NCBI GenBank assembly: GCA_965199715.1
Contig: OZ241322.1
Span: forward strand, 928,001-992,000
Length of the DNA: 64,000 nucleotides
Direction: 5' to 3'
Source of the DNA: Vicinamibacteria bacterium
GTDB lineage: Bacteria; Acidobacteriota; Vicinamibacteria; Marinacidobacterales; Marinacidobacteraceae
Positions 34,619 through 45,025 of the stretch are shown here, in pieces (the first letter of the stretch is position 1; the number at the start of each line of letters is the position of its first letter). The notes under the pieces were generated by a model. The model had not been told where the DNA came from. It saw only the letters and a program-made list of their open reading frames with translations, and did not search any database. The position numbers and the translations under genes were made by a program.

Positions 34619-34756
34619 TCAGCGCAGCAGGGCCCACGCGCCGGCGGCGAAGATCGCGAGCCAGACGAGGCCCTTGACCAGGAAGAACAGGAACGCCCCG
34701 GCGGCGAGCTTCTTGCCGAGGCCCTTGCCCCGCAGCGAGGAGAGGGAGAAGCGCAT
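34619..34756 (-). CDS. Small membrane protein (45 aa)
   Basis: MRFSLSSLRGKGLGKKLAAGAFLFFLVKGLVWLAIFAAGAWALLR fills the gap exactly. TAGATT -10 box 8 nt upstream. Confidence 0.65.
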   Translation of the reverse strand: MRFSLSSLRGKGLGKKLAAGAFLFFLVKGLVWLAIFAAGAWALLR

Positions 34757-34767
34757 CTTCGGCAAAT

Positions 34768-36264
34768 CTAGCGCCCCGGCCGGCGGATGAACTCCAGCGC
34801 GCCGAACGCGAGGCCGGCGACGCGCCCCGCGGCGTCGAACCGGAAGACGATCGGGGCGGCGCCGCGCCAGCGCTTCTCCCAGTCCACGCGGAACGTGTCG
34901 AAGTGCCAGTGGGAGAGCGGCCCCCGGAGTCCGGGCCCGTACTCGAGCGCAAGGCCGCCATCCGATTCGGCGACCCGGATCTCGCCGCCGACCGGGTGCC
35001 CGTAGGTTCCGGCGTATCCGGCGAGCGGGAGGCTCGGGCCGGCGTCCGGGACGCGGGCGGATTCGAACGCGGCCCGCGCGTCCGCCTGCGACTCGGCGAG
35101 GCGGTCGTGGATGGCGCGCAGGTCGGCGCTCCAGTCGCGCGGCGCGCGCCCGAGCAGAAGGTCGAACGCCTCGAGCATCAGGGCGTGGCGGATCTCGACG
35201 TGGTCGCGGTTGCCGAGGACGAGGACGCCGATCCCGCGGTCGCGGATCAGCCCGGCGATCGCGACCATGCCGTCGATGCTGCCAGTGTGGAAGTCCACGG
35301 CCTCGCCGGCGTAGTCCTGCTGGAACCAGCCGAGGCCGTAGGTGACCCACTTCGGGCGGGTGAGCTCCTGGCTCGGGTGGAAACCGGCGCGGTCCACGAG
35401 CGACTGGGGGCGGAACGTCTCTTCCACGACTGCGGCGCTGAGCACGCGGGTTCCGTCGGCCGCGACGCCGCCGGCGAGGAGCATGCGCAGCCACGCCGAC
35501 ATCTCCCGGACCGAGCTCCAGACCGAGCCGGCGGCGCCGACGTGGTCCACCGGGGCGTTCTCGATCACGACGACCTCCCCGTCCACGACGTGGTGGGGCG
35601 CGGCGACGTTGTCGCGGAACCGGGTCAGGGAGAGCAGCGGGACCGAGCGCGTCATCCCGAGCGGGCGGAAGATGCGCGTCTGGACGAAGTCGGCCCACGG
35701 CATGCCCGAGACGCGCCGCGCGACCTCGCCGGCGGTCGCGTACATGACGTTCTGATAGACGAAGCCGGAGCGCATGGAATAGGCGGGCTCGACGGCGGAC
35801 AGCCGCGCGAGCATGTCGTCCAGGTCGGTCTCCTGGCCGTACCAGAAGAGGTCGGTGTTGGGGAGGCCGCCGCGGTGGGTGAGCAGGTCGCGGACGGTCA
35901 TCCGCTCGGTCGGGTAGCGGTCGGCGACGCGGAACTCGGGGACGTGGCGGACGACCGGGTCGTCCCAGCCGAGCTTCCCCTCGTCCACGAGGATCCCGAG
36001 CGCCGCGGCGGTCATCGCCTTCGTGGTGGAGCCGATCGCGAAGAGCGTGTCGGCGTCCACCGGCTGGCCGCCGAGCTCGCGCTCGCCGTAGCCGCGGGCG
36101 AAGAGCAGCTCGTCCCCCCGGACCACCGCGACGGCGAGGCCGACTGCGTTCCAGTCGGAGACCGCGGCCCGGACCCGGGCGTCGAAGGCGGCGGGGTCGA
36201 AGGACTGCGCCGGGGCGAACGCCGGAGCGAGAAGGAGCGCGGCGAGCAGGCGGAGTCGGGTCAT
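34768..36264 (-). CDS. Serine hydrolase (beta-lactamase class C-like) with C-terminal DUF3471-like domain
   Basis: FAIGSTTK (SxxK), LLTHRGG, YQN, HTGS, YAGTYGHP. Confidence 0.92.
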   Translation of the reverse strand: MTRLRLLAALLLAPAFAPAQSFDPAAFDARVRAAVSDWNAVGLAVAVVRGDELLFARGYGERELGGQPVDADTLFAIGSTTKAMTAAALGILVDEGKLGWDDPVVRHVPEFRVADRYPTERMTVRDLLTHRGGLPNTDLFWYGQETDLDDMLARLSAVEPAYSMRSGFVYQNVMYATAGEVARRVSGMPWADFVQTRIFRPLGMTRSVPLLSLTRFRDNVAAPHHVVDGEVVVIENAPVDHVGAAGSVWSSVREMSAWLRMLLAGGVAADGTRVLSAAVVEETFRPQSLVDRAGFHPSQELTRPKWVTYGLGWFQQDYAGEAVDFHTGSIDGMVAIAGLIRDRGIGVLVLGNRDHVEIRHALMLEAFDLLLGRAPRDWSADLRAIHDRLAESQADARAAFESARVPDAGPSLPLAGYAGTYGHPVGGEIRVAESDGGLALEYGPGLRGPLSHWHFDTFRVDWEKRWRGAAPIVFRFDAAGRVAGLAFGALEFIRRPGR

Positions 36265-37061
36265 GGCGGGCACCCTTCCTCGCCGGGGAAGAGCCGGCGG
36301 GCGATCAACTGGAACGGCTCGCCGTCGAAGACCCAGCGGGCGGCGAGATCCGCGGTCTCGAACCGGGCGAGGAGCCGGGCTGCGGTCTCGCCCTCGTGGA
36401 GACGGCACTCGAACCCGAAGTCCGAAGGCGGCGGCGGATCCGGGAGCGGCCACGGCCGTTCGGTCGCGTGCGCCGGGATCCCGGGGTCCGCGTTCACGTA
36501 GAGAAGCAGGCGCGGCGGGCCGGGGTCGGCCGGGACTCCGGCTCTCGCGGCCTCCTCGAGGCGGCGCGCCACGTCCCGAAGCCAGGGGATCCGGGGGTCG
36601 TCGTGCGCGTCGAGGTCGAATCCCTCGACCGTGATCCGGCGCTCCCCGGAGCGGTCGCGCAGCGTGAACGTGGTGGAGCCGAGGTCGGCGATGCGGCCGG
36701 ACGGCTCGGGGATGAAGGAGTCCTCGGCCTGGGGCAGGCCGGAACGGGCCACCGCGGCGACGATGGGTTCGCGCGCCGCCCGGCCGATCTCGATCCACGA
36801 GGCCGGCGGCAGCATCGCCCCCGGAAAGCCGGTTCGGACGCCGGCGGCGATCAGGCGGCCGCCGACGGTGGCCGCGAAACGGGGCGGCTGGTTGAGGGCG
36901 TACTCCACGGGGACGAAGCCGGGATGCTCCTCGACGACGAGGAAGTACGCCGCGGGATCGTCGGGGAGCTGGAGGAGCAGCTCGTCCGGCGGAACCGGGG
37001 AGCCCGGGCCCGATCCGAGGCCGCAGCCGAGAAGCGCGAGCGCCGCGAACGGGAGGCGCAC
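36261..37061 (-). CDS. Hypothetical lipoprotein
   Basis: LALLGC lipobox. Its stop overlaps the serine hydrolase start. Confidence 0.65.
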   Translation of the reverse strand: MRLPFAALALLGCGLGSGPGSPVPPDELLLQLPDDPAAYFLVVEEHPGFVPVEYALNQPPRFAATVGGRLIAAGVRTGFPGAMLPPASWIEIGRAAREPIVAAVARSGLPQAEDSFIPEPSGRIADLGSTTFTLRDRSGERRITVEGFDLDAHDDPRIPWLRDVARRLEEAARAGVPADPGPPRLLLYVNADPGIPAHATERPWPLPDPPPPSDFGFECRLHEGETAARLLARFETADLAARWVFDGEPFQLIARRLFPGEEGCPP

Positions 37062-37065
37062 CCGG

Positions 37066-38145
37066 TCAGGCGGGCAGGAGAGCGCCGAGGAGGGTTCCGA
37101 GTCCGAAGAGGGCTCCGGTCCAGAAGGCTCCGATCGCGGCGAGGCGGAAGCCGCACCAGACGGCGTTGCGGCCGGTGAAGAGGCTCGTGGCCGCGCCCGA
37201 GACCGAAAGCGCGGCGAGCGCGAGCGCGACCGCGCCGGCGAGCGCCGCCGGGCCGGAGAGGGCGGCGAGGGGGACGAGCGGAACGAGCGCTCCGGCGCCG
37301 AAGCTCAGGAACGACGCGGCCCCCGACGCCCACGGCGAGCCGAGGTCGTCCGGATTGAGGCCGAGCTCCTCCCGGGTGAGCACGTCGAGCGCCCGCGCCG
37401 GTTCGCTGATGAGCCGCCTGCCGAGGTCGAGCGCCGGTTCCCGGGCGAGGCCGCGGGCCTCGAAGATGAGCGCGAGCTCCTCCGCCTCGTCCTCGGGATA
37501 GAGACGGAGCTCTTCTTCCTCGAGCGCGATCTGGCGCTCGTAGAGCTCGACCCGGGAGCGCGCCTCGAGGAACTCGCCGGCCCCCATGGAGAGAGCCCCG
37601 GCGAACATGCCGCCCACGCCCACGAGCAGCGCGGTGAACGGGTCGCCGGTCAGGCCGCCGACGAAGAGGACGAGCGCGGCGTTCGAGACGAGGCCGTCGT
37701 TCACGCCGAAGATGGCCGCGTGGAGCGCGACGACCCCGCGGGCGTAGAAGTGCCGCTGCTCCTCGTCGTGGAGGTGTCGGGAGACCCCGGCGGAGTCGTC
37801 CTTCCCGGCGAGGAGCGCGTCGATCGAGGAGCCGGACGCGCGATAGACCGAAAGCCCGCGCACCTTCAGCGCGGCGAGCGCCGGGAGAAGCGACCGGGGG
37901 CCGAACCGCCGCGCGAGGAACGCGACGAAGCGGACCCGGAAGTCCGGCCGCCAGGGGGCCGGGGCCGCGCCTCCGGCGTCGGCGATGGCCTGCACCCACG
38001 ACCTGCTCTGGTCCATCGCGTCGTCGGCGAGCGCGAGGAAGAGCTTGCGCTTCTCGTCGGTCTCGACCTCGGCGAGGACGCGGTACAGCCAGGCGGCGCG
38101 CACCTCGCTCACCCAGCTCTCGTGGAGGCTGGCGGATTCGGTCAC
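37066..38145 (-). CDS. VIT1/CCC1 transporter with N-terminal ferritin-like domain
   Basis: AIFGVNDGLVSN, AGALSMGAGE, REELGLNPDDLGSPW. Confidence 0.9.
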   Translation of the reverse strand: MTESASLHESWVSEVRAAWLYRVLAEVETDEKRKLFLALADDAMDQSRSWVQAIADAGGAAPAPWRPDFRVRFVAFLARRFGPRSLLPALAALKVRGLSVYRASGSSIDALLAGKDDSAGVSRHLHDEEQRHFYARGVVALHAAIFGVNDGLVSNAALVLFVGGLTGDPFTALLVGVGGMFAGALSMGAGEFLEARSRVELYERQIALEEEELRLYPEDEAEELALIFEARGLAREPALDLGRRLISEPARALDVLTREELGLNPDDLGSPWASGAASFLSFGAGALVPLVPLAALSGPAALAGAVALALAALSVSGAATSLFTGRNAVWCGFRLAAIGAFWTGALFGLGTLLGALLPA

Positions 38146-39725
38146 CGGTAGAGCGTAAGGCTTGCGATGCGCCGCTCGATCTCGGCCTCCATCTTCCGGA
38201 ACCCGCCGCCGCCGACGCCGCCGAATTCGGCCTCGAGCCGGGCGTGGCTGAGCCCGTCGGGGAGGCCCGCCACGTCGGGGACCAGGTCCGCGTCCGAGAT
38301 TCCGGCGGCGATGCGGGCGCGCAGGCGCTCGGCGGCGGCGGAGCTTCCGGTGGCCGAGCGGCCGAAGCGGACGCCGGCGCGGTCCATCATGAGGTCCGAG
38401 AACGAGAACCCGCTGCCGCTGGTCGCGTCGAGCCGCTCCTTCAGGTCTCCGGCCTGCTCGGTCATTCCCGCCGGGCCCACCTGGGTGAGGCCGGCGCTCA
38501 GGAGGAAGTGCCGGGCCCAGTCGCCGCGCCGGCGGGCGGTGACCTCGAGCTCCCGGCCGAGGCGGCTCGCGACCTCGGCGGAATCGGGGAACCCGGCGAG
38601 CGCGAGCAGCGACGGATGGCCCGCCGCGCCCGCGAGCGCCAGAAGCGCGACGCGGTTCTCCTCCACGGCGTCGGCGCCGCCGGAAGGGTCGCGGGACAGG
38701 GCGAACGCCGCCCGGATCGCGACGGCGAGCCGGTCGGGCCCGGCGTGAATCTCCGCCACCTTGCCCTCGAGCGCGTCGAGCACCTCGGCGAGCCGGCGAT
38801 CGAAGCCGGCGTGGATCCCCGGCGGCCCGGAGAGCGGAAGGAACTGGTTCGCCCAGGCCGACGCCGCCCACGACGCCGTCCGCACGAGGAAGGTCGGGGC
38901 GCGGACGCCGCCGATAGATGCCGAGCGGAGTCCGAGACGCAGGGCGCCGCCCTCGGTGGAGGGGTCGGCGGCGAGTTCGGCGTTCAGGTAGCGAACCCCG
39001 GCGAGCGGGAGATCCCAGGGAAGCGAGACCTGCGCGAGGACTCCCTCGTCGGCCGGCTCCAGCCGGATCCGGGCGGAAGGGTCCAGACCGGCCTCGACGA
39101 GGAGCGGCAGCGCGAGCGCGACCCCCTCGGTTCCGATGGGGACGCCGTCGCGCAGGTCGTTCAGGAGCGTCCGGGAGCCGGCGGCGCCCATTTCCCCGAT
39201 TGGTTCGGCGGCGGGGATGCGGTCGGTCAGCAGCAGGAGCACCACGGCGGCCATGGCCAGAAGAACGACCGCGAGCGCGAGCAGCGCCGGGATCAGGACC
39301 AGCGCGCCGCCGACGCCGCCGGCGAGGAGCGCCCCGAGCATGACCCCGACGGCGGTTCCCGCCACCGGCACGATCAGCGTCAAGGGGCTGGGAAACGCGA
39401 AGTCGGAGAAGACGGTCCAGGGAGCGTCGGGGGGCGCGGCCGTGATCGCGGCCGCGACCGCCGCGGCGATGACGAACGACGGGAGCAGGACGAGGAGGAA
39501 TCGCCCCGTGAACGAGCGCATCCGGGGGAGCGCCAGCGGAACCAGGAGGCCCACCGGAACGAACCACGCGGCCTGGCGCGGCAGCCCGCGCGCGAGCGAC
39601 ATGAGGTCCGTCCCCGGCAGGCCGAGGTCCGGGTCCAGCCCGGCGACCCACCAGGACCATCCGGCGAGCGCGCCGAGGGCCAGCAGGTTGCGGACGCCGA
39701 AGCGGCGGCGCGACTCGTCCCCCAT
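38142..39725 (-). CDS. Hypothetical membrane protein
   Basis: N-terminal TM bundle, C-terminal RRGDWARHFLLSA...KE..D...GSGFSFSDL motif. Confidence 0.7.
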   Translation of the reverse strand: MGDESRRRFGVRNLLALGALAGWSWWVAGLDPDLGLPGTDLMSLARGLPRQAAWFVPVGLLVPLALPRMRSFTGRFLLVLLPSFVIAAAVAAAITAAPPDAPWTVFSDFAFPSPLTLIVPVAGTAVGVMLGALLAGGVGGALVLIPALLALAVVLLAMAAVVLLLLTDRIPAAEPIGEMGAAGSRTLLNDLRDGVPIGTEGVALALPLLVEAGLDPSARIRLEPADEGVLAQVSLPWDLPLAGVRYLNAELAADPSTEGGALRLGLRSASIGGVRAPTFLVRTASWAASAWANQFLPLSGPPGIHAGFDRRLAEVLDALEGKVAEIHAGPDRLAVAIRAAFALSRDPSGGADAVEENRVALLALAGAAGHPSLLALAGFPDSAEVASRLGRELEVTARRRGDWARHFLLSAGLTQVGPAGMTEQAGDLKERLDATSGSGFSFSDLMMDRAGVRFGRSATGSSAAAERLRARIAAGISDADLVPDVAGLPDGLSHARLEAEFGGVGGGGFRKMEAEIERRIASLTLYR

Positions 39726-39729
39726 GGAC

Positions 39730-42700
39730 TCAGGGGTCGCGCGCGTCGGCCACGGCCCGCCAGAAGGGAGGCAGTTGCTCCTCGACGTAGCGCCGGTATT
39801 CCTCGCGCGCGGCCTCGAACCGCTCGGTGAGGATCGCGTGCACCTCGCGCTGCTGGTCGGTCGGGGCGAAGTCGGCGCCGTCCCAGCCGGCGTCGTTCGC
39901 GAGCGCGCCGAGCCGGCCGTAGATGCGGATGGGCGCGCGGAAGGCGTCCTCCCGGGCGCCGGTCAGCTCCACGTCCACGAAGCGGCCCTCGATGGCGATG
40001 GCGGTGCCGAGGAGCTCGCCGGCGTTCTCGAGGATCGCGCTCCACGACTCGTCGTCGCCGTGCCGCTCCGCAAGGCCCTCGAACTCGCGGCGGATCCACT
40101 CGAGGTCGTCCACCATGTCGGCCAGTTCGTCGAGCTGGGCGTGGATTTCGCGGAGGAACGCGTGCTTCTCGGCGATGGACTCGGGGGTTCCCGCCGACTT
40201 CGGATCCTTCTCGACGGTCAGCGTGGTGGAGGCGGTCTCGTCGCCGAGGGTGATCCGCGCCTCGTACGCGCCGGGCGGGACGAGCGCGCCCCGGTAGCCG
40301 GGGAAGACGTCGAGATCCCAGGTGCGCAGGTTCCGCTCGCCGTCCTCGCCCAGCTCGACCCAGTCCCGGTCGGGCGGGCGGGTGCGGAGCGTCGCCCGGC
40401 GGGGCGCCTCGCGACGCAGGTCCCAGTGCGTCCGGGACAGTCCCGGCTCGGCCCGCGCCGAGAGCGAGCGCACGAGCTCGCCGCCGGAGTCGCGGATCTC
40501 GATCGCGGCCGAACCGTCCTCGCCGCCGTTCCACCACGAGATCGCCGCTCCGTAGGGCGGGTTCCGCCCGGTGACGAGGCTGCCCGGCTCGCTCTTGATC
40601 GACTGGGCGGGAAGGAAGCGCCAGGCGGTCGGGGAGTCGAAGACGGTCAGCCCGTCGCCCGGCGGGTCGGCGAGCTCCCGCAGCGGCCCGATCCCGTCGA
40701 GGATCCAGAAGCCCCGGCCGTAGGTCGCGACGACGAGGTCGTCGAACCGCTCCTGGACCTGGATCCCGTAGATCGGGGCGGGCGGCATCCCGAGGCGCAG
40801 CGAGAACCACGAGGCGCCGGAGTCGAGGCTGGCCCAGACCTGGTTGTCGGTCCCGGCGTACAGCACTCCGGCGCGTCGGGGATCCTCGCGGACGACGTGG
40901 ACGAAGGAGAAGTTGGAGGAGGGGATCCCGTCGCCGATCCGGTCCCAGGTCTCGCCGAGGTCGGTCGTGCGGAAGACGTGCGGGCGGAAGTCCCCCGACT
41001 GGTGGCGCGTCACCGCCACGAAGGCGGTTCGGGGGTCGTGGCGGCCCGGCTCGACGAACTTGATCCACGACTCCACGTCCAGCCCGGGCACGCGGTCGCT
41101 GAGGTCGCGCCAATGGGCCCCGCCGTCGGTGGTGAGGTGGAGCCGGCCGTCCACGCTGCCGGCCCACAGCTGGCCCGGCGCGAGCGGGGATTCGGCGAGC
41201 GAGAAGAGCACCGCCCCGTCGAAGGTGTAGAGGTTGTCCACGGTGATTCCGCCCGAGTCCCGCTGCCGGGACTTGTCGTTCGTGGTCAGGTCGGGGCTGA
41301 TCGTCTCCCACGACTGGCCCCGGTCGCGGCTCCGGTGGACGAACTGGCTTCCGACCCACGTCACGCCGGGCTCGTGCCGGGAGAGGACCATCGGGAAGTT
41401 CCAGTGCCAGCGCACCTTCACGTCGGCGGGGGCCCAGCCGTACGACGCCTCCGGCCAGACCCGCACGTCCCGGGCGTGGCCGGTGCGGTCGTCGTAGATC
41501 TCGAGGCCGCCGTCGTAGCAGCCCGACCAGACCACGTCGTCGTCGCCGGGTTCGGGGGTCGCCCAGCCGCTCTCGCAGCCGCCGACCCCCCGCCAGAGCC
41601 CGAGCGGAATCCCGCCCCCGGGGGTGCGGCTCGGCCCGCGGTAGGAGTAGCCGTCCTGCCGGTTTCCGTAAACGCGGTACGGGATCCGGTCGTCCACGCT
41701 CACCTGGTGCATCTGCGCGACGGGAGGCACGATGCGGCGCCAGGTGCGGCCCCGGTTGGTCGAGATGCTGCCCCCGCCGTCGTGGCCCACGAGCACCGTC
41801 TCGGCGCGCAGCGGATCCACCCAGACGTCGTGGTTGTCGCCGCCGGCCCGGTAGGAGGTCTCGACGAGCGTGCGGCCGCCGTCCACGGTGGTGCTGAAGA
41901 GCACCGACGCGAAGTACGCGCGGTCCGCGTTCGCCGAATCCACGGCGAGGCGGACGTAGTAGGGCGCGCGTTCGGCGAGGTCGTGGCGGCGCATCATGAG
42001 CCGCCACGAGTCCCCGCCGTCGTCGGAGCGGTAGAGCGCGGGGCTCTCGTCCTCGACGAGCGCGTACCAGCGGTCGGAGTCGCTCGGCGCGATTCCCACG
42101 GCGATCTTGCCGAGCGGGTGGTCGGCTCCGCCCGGCAGCCCCATCCCGGCGTCGGAGAGCCGCTCCCAGGCGTCCCCGCCGTCGGCGGTGCGCCAGACGC
42201 CGCTTCCGGGGCCGCCGCTGCGCAGCCCGTCGGTGTCGATCCGGAGCTGCCACATGCCGGCGACGAGCCGCTCGGGCTGGCGGAGGTCCATGGCGAGGTC
42301 GGAGCAGCCGGTGTCCTCGTCCACGTGCAGGACCAGTTCCCACGTCTCGCCGCCGTCGGTCGTGCGATGGACCCCGCGCTCCGGCTGGGGAGCGTAGGAA
42401 TGGCCGAGGGCGCAGGCGTACACGAGATTCGGGTCGCTCGGATGGATCAGGATGCGGGCGATGCGCCCGGTCGCCTCCAGTCCCATGTGGTCGAACGAGC
42501 CGCCGGAATCGGTGGACCGGTAGATCCCGTTCCCCATCGCGAGCGCGGGGCGGATGATGAAGGTCTCGCCGGTGCCGGCCCAGACGTGGCCCGGATGCGA
42601 GGGGGAGACGGCGAGCGCGCTGATCGAGGCCGCGTCCTGGTCGTCGAAGACCGGGGCCCAGGTGACCCCGCCGTCGTCGGTCTTCCAGATTCCGCCGGAC

Positions 42701-42879
42701 GCCGCGCCGAAGTACAGGACGTCCGGGTTGCCCCATTCGCCGGTGACGGCGCTCAGCCGGTTTCCGTCGGGGCCGATCGTGCGCCAGCGCAGGCCCTTGA
42801 GCGTTTCCGGATCCGGCTGGGCGAGGGCGGCGGCCGCGCCGAGCGCCAGCGAAGCCAAGAGGGGGACGGATCGGAGCAT
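39730..42879 (-). CDS. VPS10/BNR-repeat (sialidase-like) secreted glycosyl hydrolase
   Basis: WRTIGP, many S/T-x-D-G-G-x-T/S-W Asp boxes, ISPDLTTND, ATYGRGFWILD. Confidence 0.92.
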   Translation of the reverse strand: MLRSVPLLASLALGAAAALAQPDPETLKGLRWRTIGPDGNRLSAVTGEWGNPDVLYFGAASGGIWKTDDGGVTWAPVFDDQDAASISALAVSPSHPGHVWAGTGETFIIRPALAMGNGIYRSTDSGGSFDHMGLEATGRIARILIHPSDPNLVYACALGHSYAPQPERGVHRTTDGGETWELVLHVDEDTGCSDLAMDLRQPERLVAGMWQLRIDTDGLRSGGPGSGVWRTADGGDAWERLSDAGMGLPGGADHPLGKIAVGIAPSDSDRWYALVEDESPALYRSDDGGDSWRLMMRRHDLAERAPYYVRLAVDSANADRAYFASVLFSTTVDGGRTLVETSYRAGGDNHDVWVDPLRAETVLVGHDGGGSISTNRGRTWRRIVPPVAQMHQVSVDDRIPYRVYGNRQDGYSYRGPSRTPGGGIPLGLWRGVGGCESGWATPEPGDDDVVWSGCYDGGLEIYDDRTGHARDVRVWPEASYGWAPADVKVRWHWNFPMVLSRHEPGVTWVGSQFVHRSRDRGQSWETISPDLTTNDKSRQRDSGGITVDNLYTFDGAVLFSLAESPLAPGQLWAGSVDGRLHLTTDGGAHWRDLSDRVPGLDVESWIKFVEPGRHDPRTAFVAVTRHQSGDFRPHVFRTTDLGETWDRIGDGIPSSNFSFVHVVREDPRRAGVLYAGTDNQVWASLDSGASWFSLRLGMPPAPIYGIQVQERFDDLVVATYGRGFWILDGIGPLRELADPPGDGLTVFDSPTAWRFLPAQSIKSEPGSLVTGRNPPYGAAISWWNGGEDGSAAIEIRDSGGELVRSLSARAEPGLSRTHWDLRREAPRRATLRTRPPDRDWVELGEDGERNLRTWDLDVFPGYRGALVPPGAYEARITLGDETASTTLTVEKDPKSAGTPESIAEKHAFLREIHAQLDELADMVDDLEWIRREFEGLAERHGDDESWSAILENAGELLGTAIAIEGRFVDVELTGAREDAFRAPIRIYGRLGALANDAGWDGADFAPTDQQREVHAILTERFEAAREEYRRYVEEQLPPFWRAVADARDP

Positions 42880-42947
42880 GGGGCAGCGTGACGCTAGCAG
42901 TTTCGCCGCCGGGTAGGATGCGGCGGAAGACGACCCGAGGAGGCGCC

Positions 42948-44654
42948 ATGAACTGCCGGTTGCGAGCGATTCTGCTTCTCGGTCTCGGCTGGCCGGCCGC
43001 GGGGGCCGCCGCCCAGACCTACGACCTGCTGCTGGCGGGCGGATTCGTGTTCGACGGCAGCGGCAACCCGGCCGTGCGCGCCGACGTCGGCGTCCGGGGC
43101 GACGAGGTGGTCGCCGTCGGACGGCTCGCGGGGAACGACGGCCACGAAGCGGCGCGGACCATCGACGCGACCGGCCTCTTCCTCGCGCCGGGGTGGGTGG
43201 ACCTCCACTCGCACGCCGACCGGGCGCTCGCCGGGCCGAACCTCGAGGCGCGGAAGGCGATCAATCTGGTCGCGCAGGGGATCACGACGGTGGTGATGGG
43301 CGCGGACGGGCGCAACGCGGTCTGGCCGGTCCGGGACGAGATGGCGGCGTACGCGAGCCGGGGAGTGGGCCCCAACGTCGTTCCCATGGTCGGCCATTCC
43401 ACGGTGCGGCTGCAGGTCATGGGGGCGGATCACGAGCGGGCCGCCACGCCGTCCGAGGTCGCCCGCATGGCGGAGCTGGTCCGCGAGGGAATGGAGGACG
43501 GGGCGTGGGGCCTCGGCGCCGGGCCCGAGTATCGGCCGGCGCGCTTTTCGGAGACCGGCGAGATCGTGGCGCTCGCGCGCGTGGTGGCCGAGTACGACGG
43601 GTTCTACTACTCGCACCAGCGCAGCCAGTCGCCGATGCCGCGCTGGCAGGTCCCGAGCATCGTGGACGGCCCGACGCTCACCGGGGTCGAGGGGATGGCG
43701 GAGACCATCGAGATCGGCCGGGCGACCGGGATCCGGGTCGTGGGGACGCACATCAAGGCCAAGGGCCCTTCCACGTGGGGCCAGTCGGCGCGGGACGTCC
43801 AGGCGATCCGGCGCGCCCGGAGCGAGGGGGTTCAGGCGTTCCTCGACCAGTACCCCTACGAGACGTTCGGCGGAGGGCCGGTCGGCGTGCTTCCGGTGTG
43901 GGGCTTCGCGCCGCCGGGGACCGACCGCTCCGGGGGCCTCGACGACCCGAGGTGGCGAACCCCCGGCCTGCTGAGCCTCGAGAACCTCGAGGCGAACCTC
44001 GCCGACGACGCAGTCCGCGCCGAGTTGCTCGGCGACCTCGAGCAGCAGATCGACCTGTTCGGCGGCGCGGACCGGCTGATCGTGGTGGTCTTTCCGGAGG
44101 ATCCCTCGCTCGTTGGGAAGACGGTGGCGCAGATCGCCCGGGCGAGCGGCCGGAGCGTCGCCGAGACGCTGATCGACTTCGCCCGGACGGGCGACGAGGA
44201 GCTGCTGCATGGCGTGCGCATCCGTCCGGTCGCGGGACACCGGTTCGACGTGGAGCACTACATGGCGCAGGACTTCACCGCCACGGCCACCGACGCCGGG
44301 GTCGCGCTGGAGGCGACTCCGGGGCGGCACCCGCGCTTCTGGGGGAGCTATCCGCGGAAGATCGCGCACTACGTCCGCGAGCGGGAGGCGATCACGCTCC
44401 CGTTCATGGTCCGGTCCTCGACGAGCCTGCCGGCGATGATCGTGGGGTTGACCGACCGCGGCTGCCTGCGGGTCGGATGCAAGGCGGACGTCGTCGGTTT
44501 CGACTACGACGAGGTGGAGGACGCGGCGACGATCATGAATCCCGGAGCTCCGCCGACCGGAATTCCGTGGGTGCTGGTCAACGGACGGATCGCGGTCGAG
44601 AACGGCCAGCCGACCGGCGCCCTCGCCGGGGTCGTGATCCGCCGGGAGAACTGA
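42948..44654 (+). CDS. N-acyl-D-amino-acid deacylase-like amidohydrolase
   Basis: DGSG...ADVG, PGWVDLHSH, QGITT, HPRFWGSYPR, ADVVGFD. GGAGG RBS. Confidence 0.9.
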   Translation: MNCRLRAILLLGLGWPAAGAAAQTYDLLLAGGFVFDGSGNPAVRADVGVRGDEVVAVGRLAGNDGHEAARTIDATGLFLAPGWVDLHSHADRALAGPNLEARKAINLVAQGITTVVMGADGRNAVWPVRDEMAAYASRGVGPNVVPMVGHSTVRLQVMGADHERAATPSEVARMAELVREGMEDGAWGLGAGPEYRPARFSETGEIVALARVVAEYDGFYYSHQRSQSPMPRWQVPSIVDGPTLTGVEGMAETIEIGRATGIRVVGTHIKAKGPSTWGQSARDVQAIRRARSEGVQAFLDQYPYETFGGGPVGVLPVWGFAPPGTDRSGGLDDPRWRTPGLLSLENLEANLADDAVRAELLGDLEQQIDLFGGADRLIVVVFPEDPSLVGKTVAQIARASGRSVAETLIDFARTGDEELLHGVRIRPVAGHRFDVEHYMAQDFTATATDAGVALEATPGRHPRFWGSYPRKIAHYVREREAITLPFMVRSSTSLPAMIVGLTDRGCLRVGCKADVVGFDYDEVEDAATIMNPGAPPTGIPWVLVNGRIAVENGQPTGALAGVVIRREN

Positions 44655-44660
44655 GTCGGG

Positions 44661-45025
44661 TCAACCGTCCGGCGGCGCCGCGACCGCCCGCTCGATGAAC
44701 GGTCGGGCGAAGCCGCCGGCGACGAGGAGCCCGAATCCGCCGAGGATCGCGACGCGCAGGTTCATGCGGAACCGACGCCGATCGGCCACTTCGTCGCGCA
44801 GCGACTCGATGACGCCGACGACGTACCGGAGCGTCTCGGCCATTTCCTGCCGCTCTTGCGCCAGCGCCTTGCGCTCGGCGGCGGCTTCCCGGAAGCAGGC
44901 GTCGGCGTGCTCCCTCGCCGCCTTGAAGCAGGCGTCGGCGTGCTCCCTCGCCGCCTTGAAACAGGCGTCGACGTGCTCCCTCGCCGCCGGGGTTCGTGGG
45001 TTCGCGCTCGCGCAATTTCGCTCAC
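44661..45025 (-). pseudogene. Coiled-coil tail-anchored protein with 11-aa repeats, frameshifted near the 5' end
   Basis: Frame AAREHVDACFK AAREHADACFK AAREHADACFR EAAAERKALAQERQEMAETL...VAILGGFGLLVAGGF. The GTG at 45025 is out of frame by one base. Confidence 0.6.
44892..44988. repeat. 33-bp tandem repeat, about 3 copies
   Basis: Unit GAAGCAGGCGTCGGCGTGCTCCCTCGCCGCCTT starts at 44892, 44925 and 44958. Confidence 0.95.

Noticed and set aside
34768-36264. Antibiotic-resistance beta-lactamase
   Set aside because: The architecture fits the broad serine hydrolase/peptidase family, and nothing supports a resistance function.
44892-44988. 33-bp direct repeats as a possible CRISPR array
   Set aside because: The copies are contiguous with no spacers, encode an 11-aa repeat, and no cas genes are present.
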